The position numbers and the translations under genes are program-made. A DNA stretch of 59,856 nt from Catajapyx aquilonaris (lineage: Eukaryota). The stretch spans positions 1 to 59,856 of the forward strand of contig JYFJ02002291.1 in assembly GCA_000934665.2 (NCBI GenBank), given 5' to 3'. Within the stretch, counting starts at the first letter, position 1. Each line of letters starts with the position of its first letter. Below are positions 49,836 through 59,856 of the stretch, piece after piece. The notes beneath the pieces were generated by a model. The model was not told the origin of the DNA. It saw nothing but the letters and a program-made list of their open reading frames with translations, and did not search any database.

Positions 49836-50285
49836 ATGGTTTCGAGCAATACCGCATTGTGTATGCTGCTGGCCATTGTTGCAGTGGCCACATTGTTGGA
49901 GGAAGCGAGAGCTGCAGAGTGTCGCCTGTGCTTTCATCCCAGGAGCCCACCGTTCTGCTGCACTTATGAGAAAGGTCAGTAGTTGTCACCAAACATTTCA
50001 TCACTGTTTGAGAAAACTTCGTGTGTGAAGTTGACAGGGAAAAAGTTATTCATAATATTAAGCTGTATATAAAATTAATTTCCGTTAATTTCAATTCCAG
50101 CTGCCGGAAATGATATTGCTAGATGTCCGGTCGAAGCCAGGACGTATTGCGCAGGGGTACGGTCGCCGTACGACTCGGACAACGTAAAGTCATGCAGTTA
50201 CGACGACGATTGCGGACAAGACGAAAAGTGCTGTTTGGACACTTGTTTGCAACGCAGGATTTGCAAGCCGGCTGCTTACCCTTGA
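49836..50285 (+). CDS. 12-Cys crustin-like (type I/carcinin-like) WAP peptide
   Basis: Exon 49836-49974 (signal plus CRLCFHPRSPPFCC) and exon 50101-50285 (CPVEARTYC...CSYDDDCGQDEKCCLDTCLQRRICKP); phase-1 intron. Confidence 0.9.
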
Positions 50286-50837
50286 CCAGTTTGGTGCTGT
50301 ACGCCAACCAGCATAAAAAGACATTTCAAGACTGAATGAACAAAAAAAAAATGTTAATAATGTTTCGTTGTTTCAGAGTGACGGTGATATGTAGAATTTT
50401 GTAATTTCAAAGCATTGTACTTTTTTTTAAAAAAATAAACGTGTTGCATTGATCGCAAATCTGAATTTCAATGTAATTAAATGCGCAGTTACTTTCGTAC
50501 GTCAAGTCATATTATTTTCTTGCCAGCTGCAAAGTATTTTTGTGATCATTTGTATAACGCACCTGTTCAATTTTTATGGACACAATTTTTTATGAATTGA
50601 TCATGTATAAGGTTGCCATCATGCAGCTGCTACATTTAATAATATGAATCACAAGGAAGATGAATTTCTTAAGAGTTGCGATACTCACTGTCAACAGAGT
50701 ATAGAAGCCACGTATTGCGTTGAATGAATAAATTGCTTCCTTTTCGCAAAGCATGTAGCAATCGCATAAAATACACCTCCGAGTGTCAGCTCTAGTTGAA
50801 TTCTACGAGCTATTTCTTACAAGGAACATTTTGGAAG

Positions 50838-52371
50838 ATGTTTGGCTCCTGCACACTTCTCGTCGCAATACTTATCACAGGTGAAGTTGTAATATTGCAT
50901 AGCTGCTGTAACTTATACTGTAGGCCTATATAAATGTTGAACACACACTAGTTGTGCAAGAATATTAATGATTGCATAATTCAGCAATGTTGTTCAGGAA
51001 AACTGCCTGAAGGTGATAAATCAGACAAAGCTGGACCAGAACTTGTGTTTCATGCTGATTTTGAATTTCAGTGGGAAATGGAATTGACTTGAACGCGTCC
51101 AGGAAACGACGGAGCGACAATCGTAAGCACAATTTCATATCACCCTGATTAAGTTATTTAAGTTTATTGATCTATCGCCATATCCTCAGCACCTAATTCA
51201 CAACAGAGCAGTGCAGTATTGTTTTAAAACACTTAAAAAATTTATTGTGATACATTACAGAAGGCGATCCTTGCCCATCCGGATGGAAACAAAATGGCCA
51301 AAAATGTTACTATTTCTCTCAAGACAAAGCGGAATGGGCAGCAGCGCGTGAAAAATGTTTCAATCTGGACAATCGAGCAGATCTAACCAGCATCCTGGAC
51401 AAAGAGGAATATGACTTTGTCTTCGGTGAGTATAAACGCAAACTGTTGTAGATTTCCGCTTAGCATTTTTTTTTTAAGTAATACATTTTCACAATAAACT
51501 CATCAAGAATAGAAGTTGTCCAAATCTACTGTGTTTCCAGGACAGATGTACACAGCTGTCTGGATAGGGTTAAACCAACAGGCCAAGGAGGGAGTGTTTG
51601 TTTGGAGCGATGGCACCCCTGTGACCTACACTAAATGGGAAATAGGAGAACCTAATAACTTGGGTGCTGGAGAAAAATGCGCGGAATCTTACGGATTGTT
51701 TCGCGAAGAAGGTAGAGACGAAGCTGTCTGGAATGACAACGGATGCTCCTTTTCGCGTCAGTTTGCATGCAAATTACGAGCAGGTGGGTCTGACTTAAGC
51801 ATACATTTATAGTTCCGACAATTTGCATATAGCTATTGTTGAATTCTTCACTCAGATCAATGTCCTGACAATTGGGAACAATTGAATGGATTCTGCTACT
51901 ACTTCTCTGACTATCGTACAAATTGGGACGAAGCCAGAAGCAAATGCTTGGGACTTCAAAATGGAGCAGATTTGATATCCATCAACAGTGAAGAAGAAAA
52001 CAGATTCATAGCAGGTGAGTTCATTCAATACTTCAATAAAAAAATGGAGAGAAAAAAAAATCAGCAGGAGAGATAAAAAACTGATCGCACTTTCAGATCA
52101 TTTGCATATGGATTCCTGGATTGGATTACATAATATGAGCAACTACGGAGACTTCGTTTGGAGTGATGGAAACTTGCTGGAATATCCAAAATGGGGATTC
52201 ACTCAGCCAAAAAACGGAGACAATAACAAGTGCGGGCAAATGCTGGCCTATCGAGACTATTGGAGCAACATCGACTGTCTTAGTGAAAGGAAATATATTT
52301 GCAAAATTGATCGCGCCCTACAGTCAAACGCTCTAAGAGGCTACAAAATGCCAATGAAAAGTGCTGAATAG
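50838..52371 (+). CDS. Secreted dual-CRD C-type lectin, 6 exons
   Basis: Exons start at 50838 (MFGSCTLLVAILIT), 51072 (…ASRKRRSDN), 51261 (CPSGWKQNGQKCYYF), 51541 (WIGL…GEPNN…WND), ~51856 (CPDNW…CYYF) and ~52097 (WIGL…QPKN…WSN). All introns are phase 1. Confidence 0.92.
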
Positions 52372-52515
52372 TCATAAGCAGGAAGATTGCAAAATCATTA
52401 TAATATTTCAGTATTTTTCACGCTTCTAAGGTTGAAAACTATTTCAAGTAGATGAAGGTACACCAAAATAGTGGTTTCGGGGGATAAAATTTCTATCGGT
52501 AAAAGGACACACTGC

Positions 52516-52516
<1 letters not shown>

Positions 52517-52572
<56 letters not shown>
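52517..52572. repeat. (AAT)n microsatellite between the convergent lectin and IR genes
   Basis: About 18 units. Confidence 0.95.
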
Positions 52573-52576
<4 letters not shown>

Positions 52577-52626
52577 TCAGCAGCAATATTTTGGTATTAT
52601 GAACTATATACCTTTGTCTAGACAGT

Positions 52627-54537
52627 CTAGAGATTATACATGGCCTCAACACAAAAGGTAACAAACGCAAGTGACAGTCCGCAGCACCATACTAAAAACA
52701 ACGCCTGCAGATCACGAAGGGAGTGAACGTCCTCCTGAACCTTCCTGTCCGCATATGTCCACCATATTTGTCGAATATGACTCAAACGTTCCATTTGATT
52801 TCTGAAGTCGTCCAGTCGATGCCACTCGGTCCATATCCCAGATTCGAAGATGGCCCTGTCTCCACCTTTGATTCTCTCGGAGTAAACCGTACCTTTACCG
52901 AATGCAGGACCGTAATACGTGCTCAACAATTGGATTGGAGCAAATGACAGCAAACTCTGGCCGTTGCCATCCACGAATGCGACCTTTTCCAGTTCCGATA
53001 TGTAGTTTGTTATGATGCAAGCGAAATTATGTTGCAGCGTTTTCTGCAAGCACTCATAAGGAGACGTCATCACTCTCATTTCTGATCGCATCAACAGGTA
53101 ATCACTGATGTTGCTCATTTCCAACTGGTACTTCGTTGAGACTGATTCCATGTTGGACATGCCGTACTTGAAACTTGATGTCACCAATTGTTGTACCGAA
53201 TCGGGTAGAGTTTCTTTAGGCGGTTGGGTTATGAATGAAACCAGTTTTGACTTAAACCCACAGCCAATGACCAGCACGTACAACCAAAAGAATGCCGTGA
53301 ACACTCTAAAAGCAGGATTGGAAGGCAGAGGAGCAGGCTGTTCAATCACGATTCGAAACACTATCTTCCATGATTGCAACAGAGCTTGGTGCACACTGTG
53401 TGATTTCAGAACGGTGAAGGTTATCATCAGAACTGAAACGAAAAACACGGCCGATATGGACACCCACGTGGACACTGTGTACGGATAAACCAGCACTTTC
53501 CAGGTCTGAGCTGCCCTGGGTTTCCGAGTAGCAAAAGTGATGTGAATGTACGCAGTGTGGCTGTACATGTCCAACATACCAAACCACTTCTCTGTTGGTA
53601 GCAAGAAGGCGAAGAAATCTACTTCTCCAGTTGTAACAATGTCCATTGCCTTTGATGCATTGTTGTAAAGGTTGTACGAAGCAACGTTCAGAGCTGTTGC
53701 TCTAGAGTTCAGTAGGCTCTCACGCATTATCATGGAGTGTTGCTGCAAATCTGCATGACCGAACTTGACACTCATCCGTCGTCCTGCGTCGACATCGGTG
53801 TCCATAAATGTCCCGATTGTCACGTTCCTTCCATGCAAGTCGTACGATGTGTCTGGGTACATTCCATCAACACTGTCATTTTCTCGGTACGTACCAATTT
53901 GTTGCAACGATGGTCCGCCATTGTTGCAGTAAAAACATACAGTGTGCAAAACCAGTCCTTTTTGCATGTGCGAATATGAGGCGGCCAATTTGAACCTGAT
54001 TCCATCTGCTGGCTTCTTCAGAAGGAAATGAGGTGCGTCTTCAGTCAGCCAGAAGAAGAACTTGTCCCGAATGTTCCTGGTCCTGACGTGTGTCGCCAAA
54101 TGCACGACCAGGTTTGTGACATTGTTTGTGGGCAGGAGGACGTTAAAAGAGCAGGGGCCACCAGGCCAGAGGCTTGATTTGGGCATGGTGTTGAATGAAT
54201 ACACATCATCAGACACTGGTATAGAATCCACTCGGGTGAGAACTAATGGCGAGTATGCCAATTTCACTTGCGATATGTCAAATGGAATATGAGGGCCATC
54301 CCAGGCCACCACTAATGAGCAGTCAGACCCCTCAGTTTCCAACAAAAGGCGTAAAAATTCGGACATCAGGACACGATCACTGCTGTCCACATCCAGTTTG
54401 AACCTGGCCAGAGTTGCACTTGGGATGATGATGGTTGATAAGCAGCAGATCAACAGTATTGTCTCCATCACAGTTGCACCAAGAATAGTTGAAGAGCAAG
54501 GTAGTGGCTTCTGGAATGTCAACATTAGAGATACCAT
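52627..54537 (-). CDS. Intronless divergent ionotropic receptor (start may be ATG 54468)
   Basis: 636-aa ORF with signal-like METILLICCLSTIIIPSATLA; VCFYC; DLHGRNVTI; LVYPYTVSTW; RVFTAFFWLYVLVIGCGFKSKLVSFITQP; IFESGIWTEW; LRDLQALFLVWCCGLSLAFVTFCVE. Confidence 0.92.
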   Translation of the reverse strand: MVSLMLTFQKPLPCSSTILGATVMETILLICCLSTIIIPSATLARFKLDVDSSDRVLMSEFLRLLLETEGSDCSLVVAWDGPHIPFDISQVKLAYSPLVLTRVDSIPVSDDVYSFNTMPKSSLWPGGPCSFNVLLPTNNVTNLVVHLATHVRTRNIRDKFFFWLTEDAPHFLLKKPADGIRFKLAASYSHMQKGLVLHTVCFYCNNGGPSLQQIGTYRENDSVDGMYPDTSYDLHGRNVTIGTFMDTDVDAGRRMSVKFGHADLQQHSMIMRESLLNSRATALNVASYNLYNNASKAMDIVTTGEVDFFAFLLPTEKWFGMLDMYSHTAYIHITFATRKPRAAQTWKVLVYPYTVSTWVSISAVFFVSVLMITFTVLKSHSVHQALLQSWKIVFRIVIEQPAPLPSNPAFRVFTAFFWLYVLVIGCGFKSKLVSFITQPPKETLPDSVQQLVTSSFKYGMSNMESVSTKYQLEMSNISDYLLMRSEMRVMTSPYECLQKTLQHNFACIITNYISELEKVAFVDGNGQSLLSFAPIQLLSTYYGPAFGKGTVYSERIKGGDRAIFESGIWTEWHRLDDFRNQMERLSHIRQIWWTYADRKVQEDVHSLRDLQALFLVWCCGLSLAFVTFCVEAMYNL

Positions 54538-55795
54538 CTGTCAACAGACTACAACGCATCACAATATAACGAGAGAGAAAAGAAGAAAAACCAATAGCAA
54601 ATACCAGAGTAACCCCACTAATTGGTATGCAAAGCACTGAACAAAATGTGCAGGAAAATTTGCTTTTCACAAGCCATTAGTAACATGATTGCATATTTTC
54701 TGGAAATTATCGACTGAATTCAAAATGTCACGTTTTTGCATATTTCGATCTAAACAAAATTTATCCAATAAATCCGACTATATTTTCGTATGAATGCGTG
54801 CACCTAATAATGACACTTATTACAAACCATGCAACTAGCCATTGGCACTCACCATGTAACCCAAGCAACACCCGCTGCAGTACTGTTATACTATAGGCTA
54901 CAACCCGAGTAGTGTGAATAACCGGTCTATAAAAGCTACACATTTCGAGCAGTGCACACACATGGAGGCTATAAATAACCTGAAAAACAAACCAATTTTG
55001 AAACAATGGCAACGTCTCCGATGGCTAGTTCTGAAAAGATTTGGTAGAAGGAAGTAACAATTGAATGAGGTCAGGGAACATTTTGAATAGGGAAATGTCT
55101 TCAGCAGCAATCAATCAAGTCGAGGGTATAAGAAAACACAGCTGTTAGCCTTACAGAATGTTCGCTATACAGTATACTCCAAGAAGGAATGTTGCAATAT
55201 ATCCCCTCAAAAAATGTTGCTAGCTCCAGATAATATCTTCGCAATACATCTCATTCCATAGTTCTTCTGCAAAATGTGCAATATTATCCCGCTTGCAACG
55301 TAAAACGTACGTCATCAGTTATTTTCACAATCCTATATAAGTTACATATCGCCTTCACATATAATTATAATGAAACTATATGTAACATACTATGTGCGCA
55401 ATTCCTCTCAGATATGAGAGAGAGTGTGCACATTTCGTACCACGTGTTCACAGATAATTCATTTACTTAAGCCAGGGTTTGGTACTTCTGATCAAATATT
55501 ACTCAATGCACCATTGATATATACAATCACAAGAGTTTTTCTGCATTGGAAAACTTTTTCACAGTTGCACCAATTACAATGTTATTACACAATGCGGAAA
55601 GTTTCCCCCCTTTGCAACATATGCTGTACTCTTATAAGACTACCATTTCTTTCTGGGGACTAAAATATAAAAACAAGACGAACTCTTTCACCGACATGAG
55701 AATCAAACAGGCCGATGCAGTCTATCTCAGTGCTTTAGTAAACTGCATGTACCCAGTCTAGAACCATTATTAGCCCAGGACAAGTGGTAATTACA

Positions 55796-57466
55796 ATGGC
55801 TGGCAACACGACGGCGTCTGCAGCAGAAAACAACATTGCTTTCGGAACTTACATGAAGCAATGGTACAACTACTTATTTTACGAGGATGAAGGTACTGCA
55901 TGGTTCATTATAATATTTCAACGCATATCTATTAATATTATTTATTAATAATTTCAGATCCTCGAGCGTTGGAGCTGCCATTGACGAATAATATGCACGC
56001 CCTTGCGGCAGCCATGTCTGGATACTTCTTTCTAGTGTGCTTTGTAATTCCGAGACTTATGATGGGTCGATCAGCAATGAAGCTCACTAATGCACTGACC
56101 GTGTATAATGCCTTTCAAGTGATAGTCAACTCCTGGATAATCACTTTGGTTAGTATTAAGTAAACAATACTTAATTAATTGACTATAGTTTTGTGATAAA
56201 TTGAAGAGGACATCTCTATATGCTTTGATTCAATGTAGTGCATCAAGGGAGGCTGGTTCACGTCCTACAGCTTCATTTGCCAGCCAGTGGACTACTCCAG
56301 AAGTCCTGCAGCCATGACGGTCAGTGAATAAACAATAAATTACAGTTAGGAAAAATTCATCACCATAACTTAATAATTGTTGCCCAGATGGAAACCACAA
56401 CGTTTTAGCTCCGGATTCCCGGTGGTAAAGAAACATATTATATCTCAAGTATTTCTATTGCAGATGGTTCATGCTTCCTGGCTGTTCTACATTTCCAAGA
56501 TGATCGACTGCTGCGACACTGTAAGGAACACAACAAAGCTCAAGTAATCATTGTTCAAGACGCTATCACTGAAAATACCTTGCCTATTTTCACAGGTGTT
56601 CTTCGCGCTTAGGAAAAAGTACGACCAGATCACTTTTCTTCACGTGATCCACCATGCCGCCATGCCTGGTATTACTTGGTACCAACTGAAATTTGTTGCA
56701 GGTATGGGGCTTTTGTATGCATCTGTAATGTTTCAGCAGCACAATAATTGCAACTAATTACAGGTGGACACACGTCATTCTTGTGCCTTTTGAACTCGTT
56801 TGTTCACGTGCTGATGTACTCGTATTACTTCCTGGCTGGCCTGGGATACCACAAGTACCTCTGGTGGAAGAAGTACCTTACCACCTTCCAGATGGTGAGA
56901 CATAATTATCATGTCAGGATAATTACCTTCTCCAAATACATTCGTTACATATTGTGATTTATTTAGCAACTTCAACTCAACCTGGTATGAGAAGCAAATT
57001 AATTTGCTTATTAGACGCTGAACGTAACTCCTTAATAATAATTAGCTTATGCCAGAAAAAATAATTGAAAAGCACATCTCAGTTGAGACTCTTTATCCGG
57101 TATGTAATTTAAATTAATTGCTTTCATTAAAAGGTCTAGTTTATCATCCTGGGTGTGCATCAGGGTCAGCTGCTTTTCATCGAGTGCGATTACCTATGGT
57201 TCCCTAAATTTTGGACTGTGGTTTTGGAAACCTGCATGTTCTTCTTGTTCTTAAATTTTTACCTTCAGTCATACGGAGATACACGAACCAAGGTATGTCG
57301 CCTTCAAACGCCATCAAAATACATTTCAAAGTTCCACTGTAGAGTATACAACGGATTATTATGCTTACAGCGTCAGCCCAACTTGTCTTCATACTCGGAC
57401 AAGTACGCTTGTTTTCAAGTAGAAGGAATTAAGCAGGTGAGTTGGCTCAATATTATTTTTTGCTAA
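55796..57466 (+). CDS. ELOVL-family fatty-acid elongase (TAG at the start of exon 7; 3' end uncertain, possibly extends to 57794)
   Basis: Spliced motifs DPR…PL, YNAFQV, CQPVDYS, SKMIDCCDTVFFALRKK, FLHVIHH (HxxHH), NSFVHVLMYSYY, WWKKYLTTFQM and FLNFYLQSY. Confidence 0.88.
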
Positions 57467-58984
57467 AGGGACAAATTGAGGCATTTACATCAATGGGAAA
57501 GATCGTATGTAATGTTTATATTTACATAATCGACTGGTGCTAAAGACATGTACATATTGGTAATATTTTCCCTTAAATTAATGTAGGCATATATGTATTT
57601 TACAATTTATTGCACTGGAACCAAGACTGGGACGTCATATTGTCCATTTATCAAAGAATAATATGAACCGATATGTATTGTCAAAATTCAAAGTATAGTG
57701 CCAAGTATTTGCGCTGAAATCTGAATTCTTTTGTACTTCGTTACAGAGGGACAATAATTACGACATTCGAACCGATGACAGCAACAACAATTAGTCCAAA
57801 TCTCATAGCTACTAGTACAGAAGCGAACAATTTAATGTAAGAACATGTCTATTTGTTGCAAGAAATTGACACGTTTCTCTTTCAAAACCGAAGAAATAAA
57901 GTCAAAGGACAGCATTGTTTTCCGAACACTTCATTTCTCGCAAAATTCCTCCACAATCCTACTATATACGTATACAATGCATCATAAGGCATTTATTTGA
58001 TATCCTGTTACTATACAAAATAATGTTGTAATGACCTTGAAAATTGCAATGAAATCCTCAGAATTCCCCACAAGTTGGTCAAGATATTTCTCAGCGCCAG
58101 GAGAATGGATCATATAATATACTCATTATTGCAATTATTCCATCGCAGGTGTTATAATTCCATCATTCTTCTGCAAAAAAAATGCGCAATATGCCTCTTC
58201 GCAGCCCGAAGCAAACGTCATCAGCTATTTTCACAACATCAGAGAAATTACATGCTCTTTACATAACGAAAACACAGAACATTCCGGGCGGTAATTAACA
58301 GGGCGAGCCACATCACCAGCAAATTTTGAGATTCAAAACTTAATAATCGAGATAATCTCTGCGATGAATCCTTAAATAATCTATAAATGTCGCCATATAA
58401 AAACACGGCAGGATGCGTGAATACAATAGGAATTCTATTTGTACTCGTAAGTCATGGATTCCGTTACAAGTCATCTTTGAGTGTTCGGTTTCAATTCGAT
58501 GCATTTATATTAGTGTAATAATCATGTACCAGTAGAGTACATATATTATTGAAAATCCAGAGTACATGTGAGGGGGATTAGCTGTCCACTCTTCCCCTAT
58601 TCTTGGAATAATATAAAAAGAAAAATTGTTCTTGGTGTTGCTCAAGTATTATTCAATGCACGAAGGGTAATTTCAATATTGAATTCTGGAAAACATGTTC
58701 TTTGGGATCCTCATTATATCGTTTTTCTGCAAAATGTGAAATATTGCCAGCCTTGCAGGTTACAACATACAATACTTATATCAATTATAACCACACCTGC
58801 AGTTTCTTTCTGGGCACTACTACATGAAAAAATTTAATTTGAAATAGCATTCAGTGAAGGTACAAACACTGGTAGGTTACACTTAGAGTTAGAATAACTC
58901 GCTAGACAGCGTCACCTGTGAACTGCTTTCCGCATACTATCCACAGCCTGGAACTATATTTGCGCAGGACAATAGGAAAAGACA

Positions 58985-59075
58985 ATGGCTGGCAACACGA
59001 CGATGTCTGCAGAAAACATTGCTCTTGGAGCTTACATGAAGCAATGGTACAACCACATATTTTACGACGATGAAG
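58985..59075 (+). CDS. First coding exon of a second tandem ELOVL elongase (remainder not in this window)
   Basis: MAGNTTMSAENIALGAYMKQWYNHIFYDDE|GTACTG is paralogous to exon 55796-55892 and has the same donor. Confidence 0.75.
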
Positions 59076-59093
59076 GTACTGCATTATTGTTCA

Positions 59094-59097
59094 TTAG

Positions 59098-59157
<60 letters not shown>

Positions 59158-59158
59158 G

Positions 59159-59203
<45 letters not shown>

Positions 59204-59207
59204 TAGA
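59094..59207. repeat. (GATA)n microsatellite
   Basis: About 27 near-perfect units. Confidence 0.95.
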
Positions 59208-59384
59208 TCAAAAACTTTCCCTTCAGTAAAAAAAAGAGAAGTAAGACCTCCGCGGCGGAATAAAAGTACTGAAACAAGGCAGGCGCACGTAAGACCTTCA
59301 CCAATTGATTTAAGCTGTACCATAGGTCTTACTCAAGCAATTACCAATTTACTACTCATGAAATCTCCTTTCTGAAAACAAATT

Positions 59385-59515
59385 TGTGGAATTTCTGTCG
59401 TACTACTAGTTACTTCTAACTTAGCAGTACCAGTGTAGTGCAATGGTACTGCTATGTTAGCAGTAACTACAAACCTATAGTTAATAGTAATAGTAGTACG
59501 ACCAAAATTCCACCT
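59385..59515. mobile_element. MITE-like family 1, copy 3 (diverged)
   Basis: GTGGAATTTCTGTCGTACTACTAGTTAC…GTAGTACGACCAAAATTCCAC; shares AACTTAGCAGTACCA with copy 1. Confidence 0.65.
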
Positions 59516-59856
59516 ATTAATTTTCCAAGGGCCACTCCATATTAGCGTTTTATGAAATATTAGGAACTTCAATATTAAGCACCTTGAATTTCTATGCGAT
59601 TGGTGCGAATTATTGCCATGAAACATTCATGCAGAATCGGCACCCCTTTTAGATGCTGATTTTAACTCTAATGTTTAATTTTTCACATGTAAACGTTAAT
59701 TTGAGAATTCTCTGTCTTTTTCGATTGGACAAGGTCTGTTAGGATGGGTTTAGTTTTCCCCCCCATTTTTTTCTTTTCATAATAAAATCCTGCCTACTGC
59801 TCTGAGTAGTTTGCAGCAGTCATTTTACGAGACGTTCCATACCGTACCTGAGAATT

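Overview
AT-rich invertebrate (most likely arthropod) genomic DNA with short GT-AG introns, so the ORF track shows only exon fragments; gene models below were spliced by hand. Left to right: a degraded C2H2 zinc-finger gene and a tRNA-derived SINE; four small secreted low-complexity peptide genes, one with a WAP domain; a 3-exon divergent ionotropic receptor (IR); a ~33 kb tandem array of six latrophilin/Cirl-like adhesion GPCR (aGPCR) copies, with an island of LRR, retroviral env, MITE and possible piggyBac debris inside it; a 12-Cys crustin-like gene; a dual-domain C-type lectin; an intronless IR; and tandem ELOVL elongases. The most interesting element is the aGPCR array. Three full-length receptors (A, B, D) have two SUEL-like domains, a C-type lectin domain, a Ser/Thr stalk, HRM, GAIN/GPS, 7TM and a very short tail. 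One intact receptor (E) has no lectin head. Two truncated copies (A0, C) keep open frames that could encode secreted ectodomains. The lectin heads are highly variable while the GAIN-7TM of B and D is nearly identical, stalk length ranges from ~30 to ~220 aa, and all four intact copies carry a non-canonical TNMAVLM tethered agonist. All family assignments come from motif recognition, not database searches.
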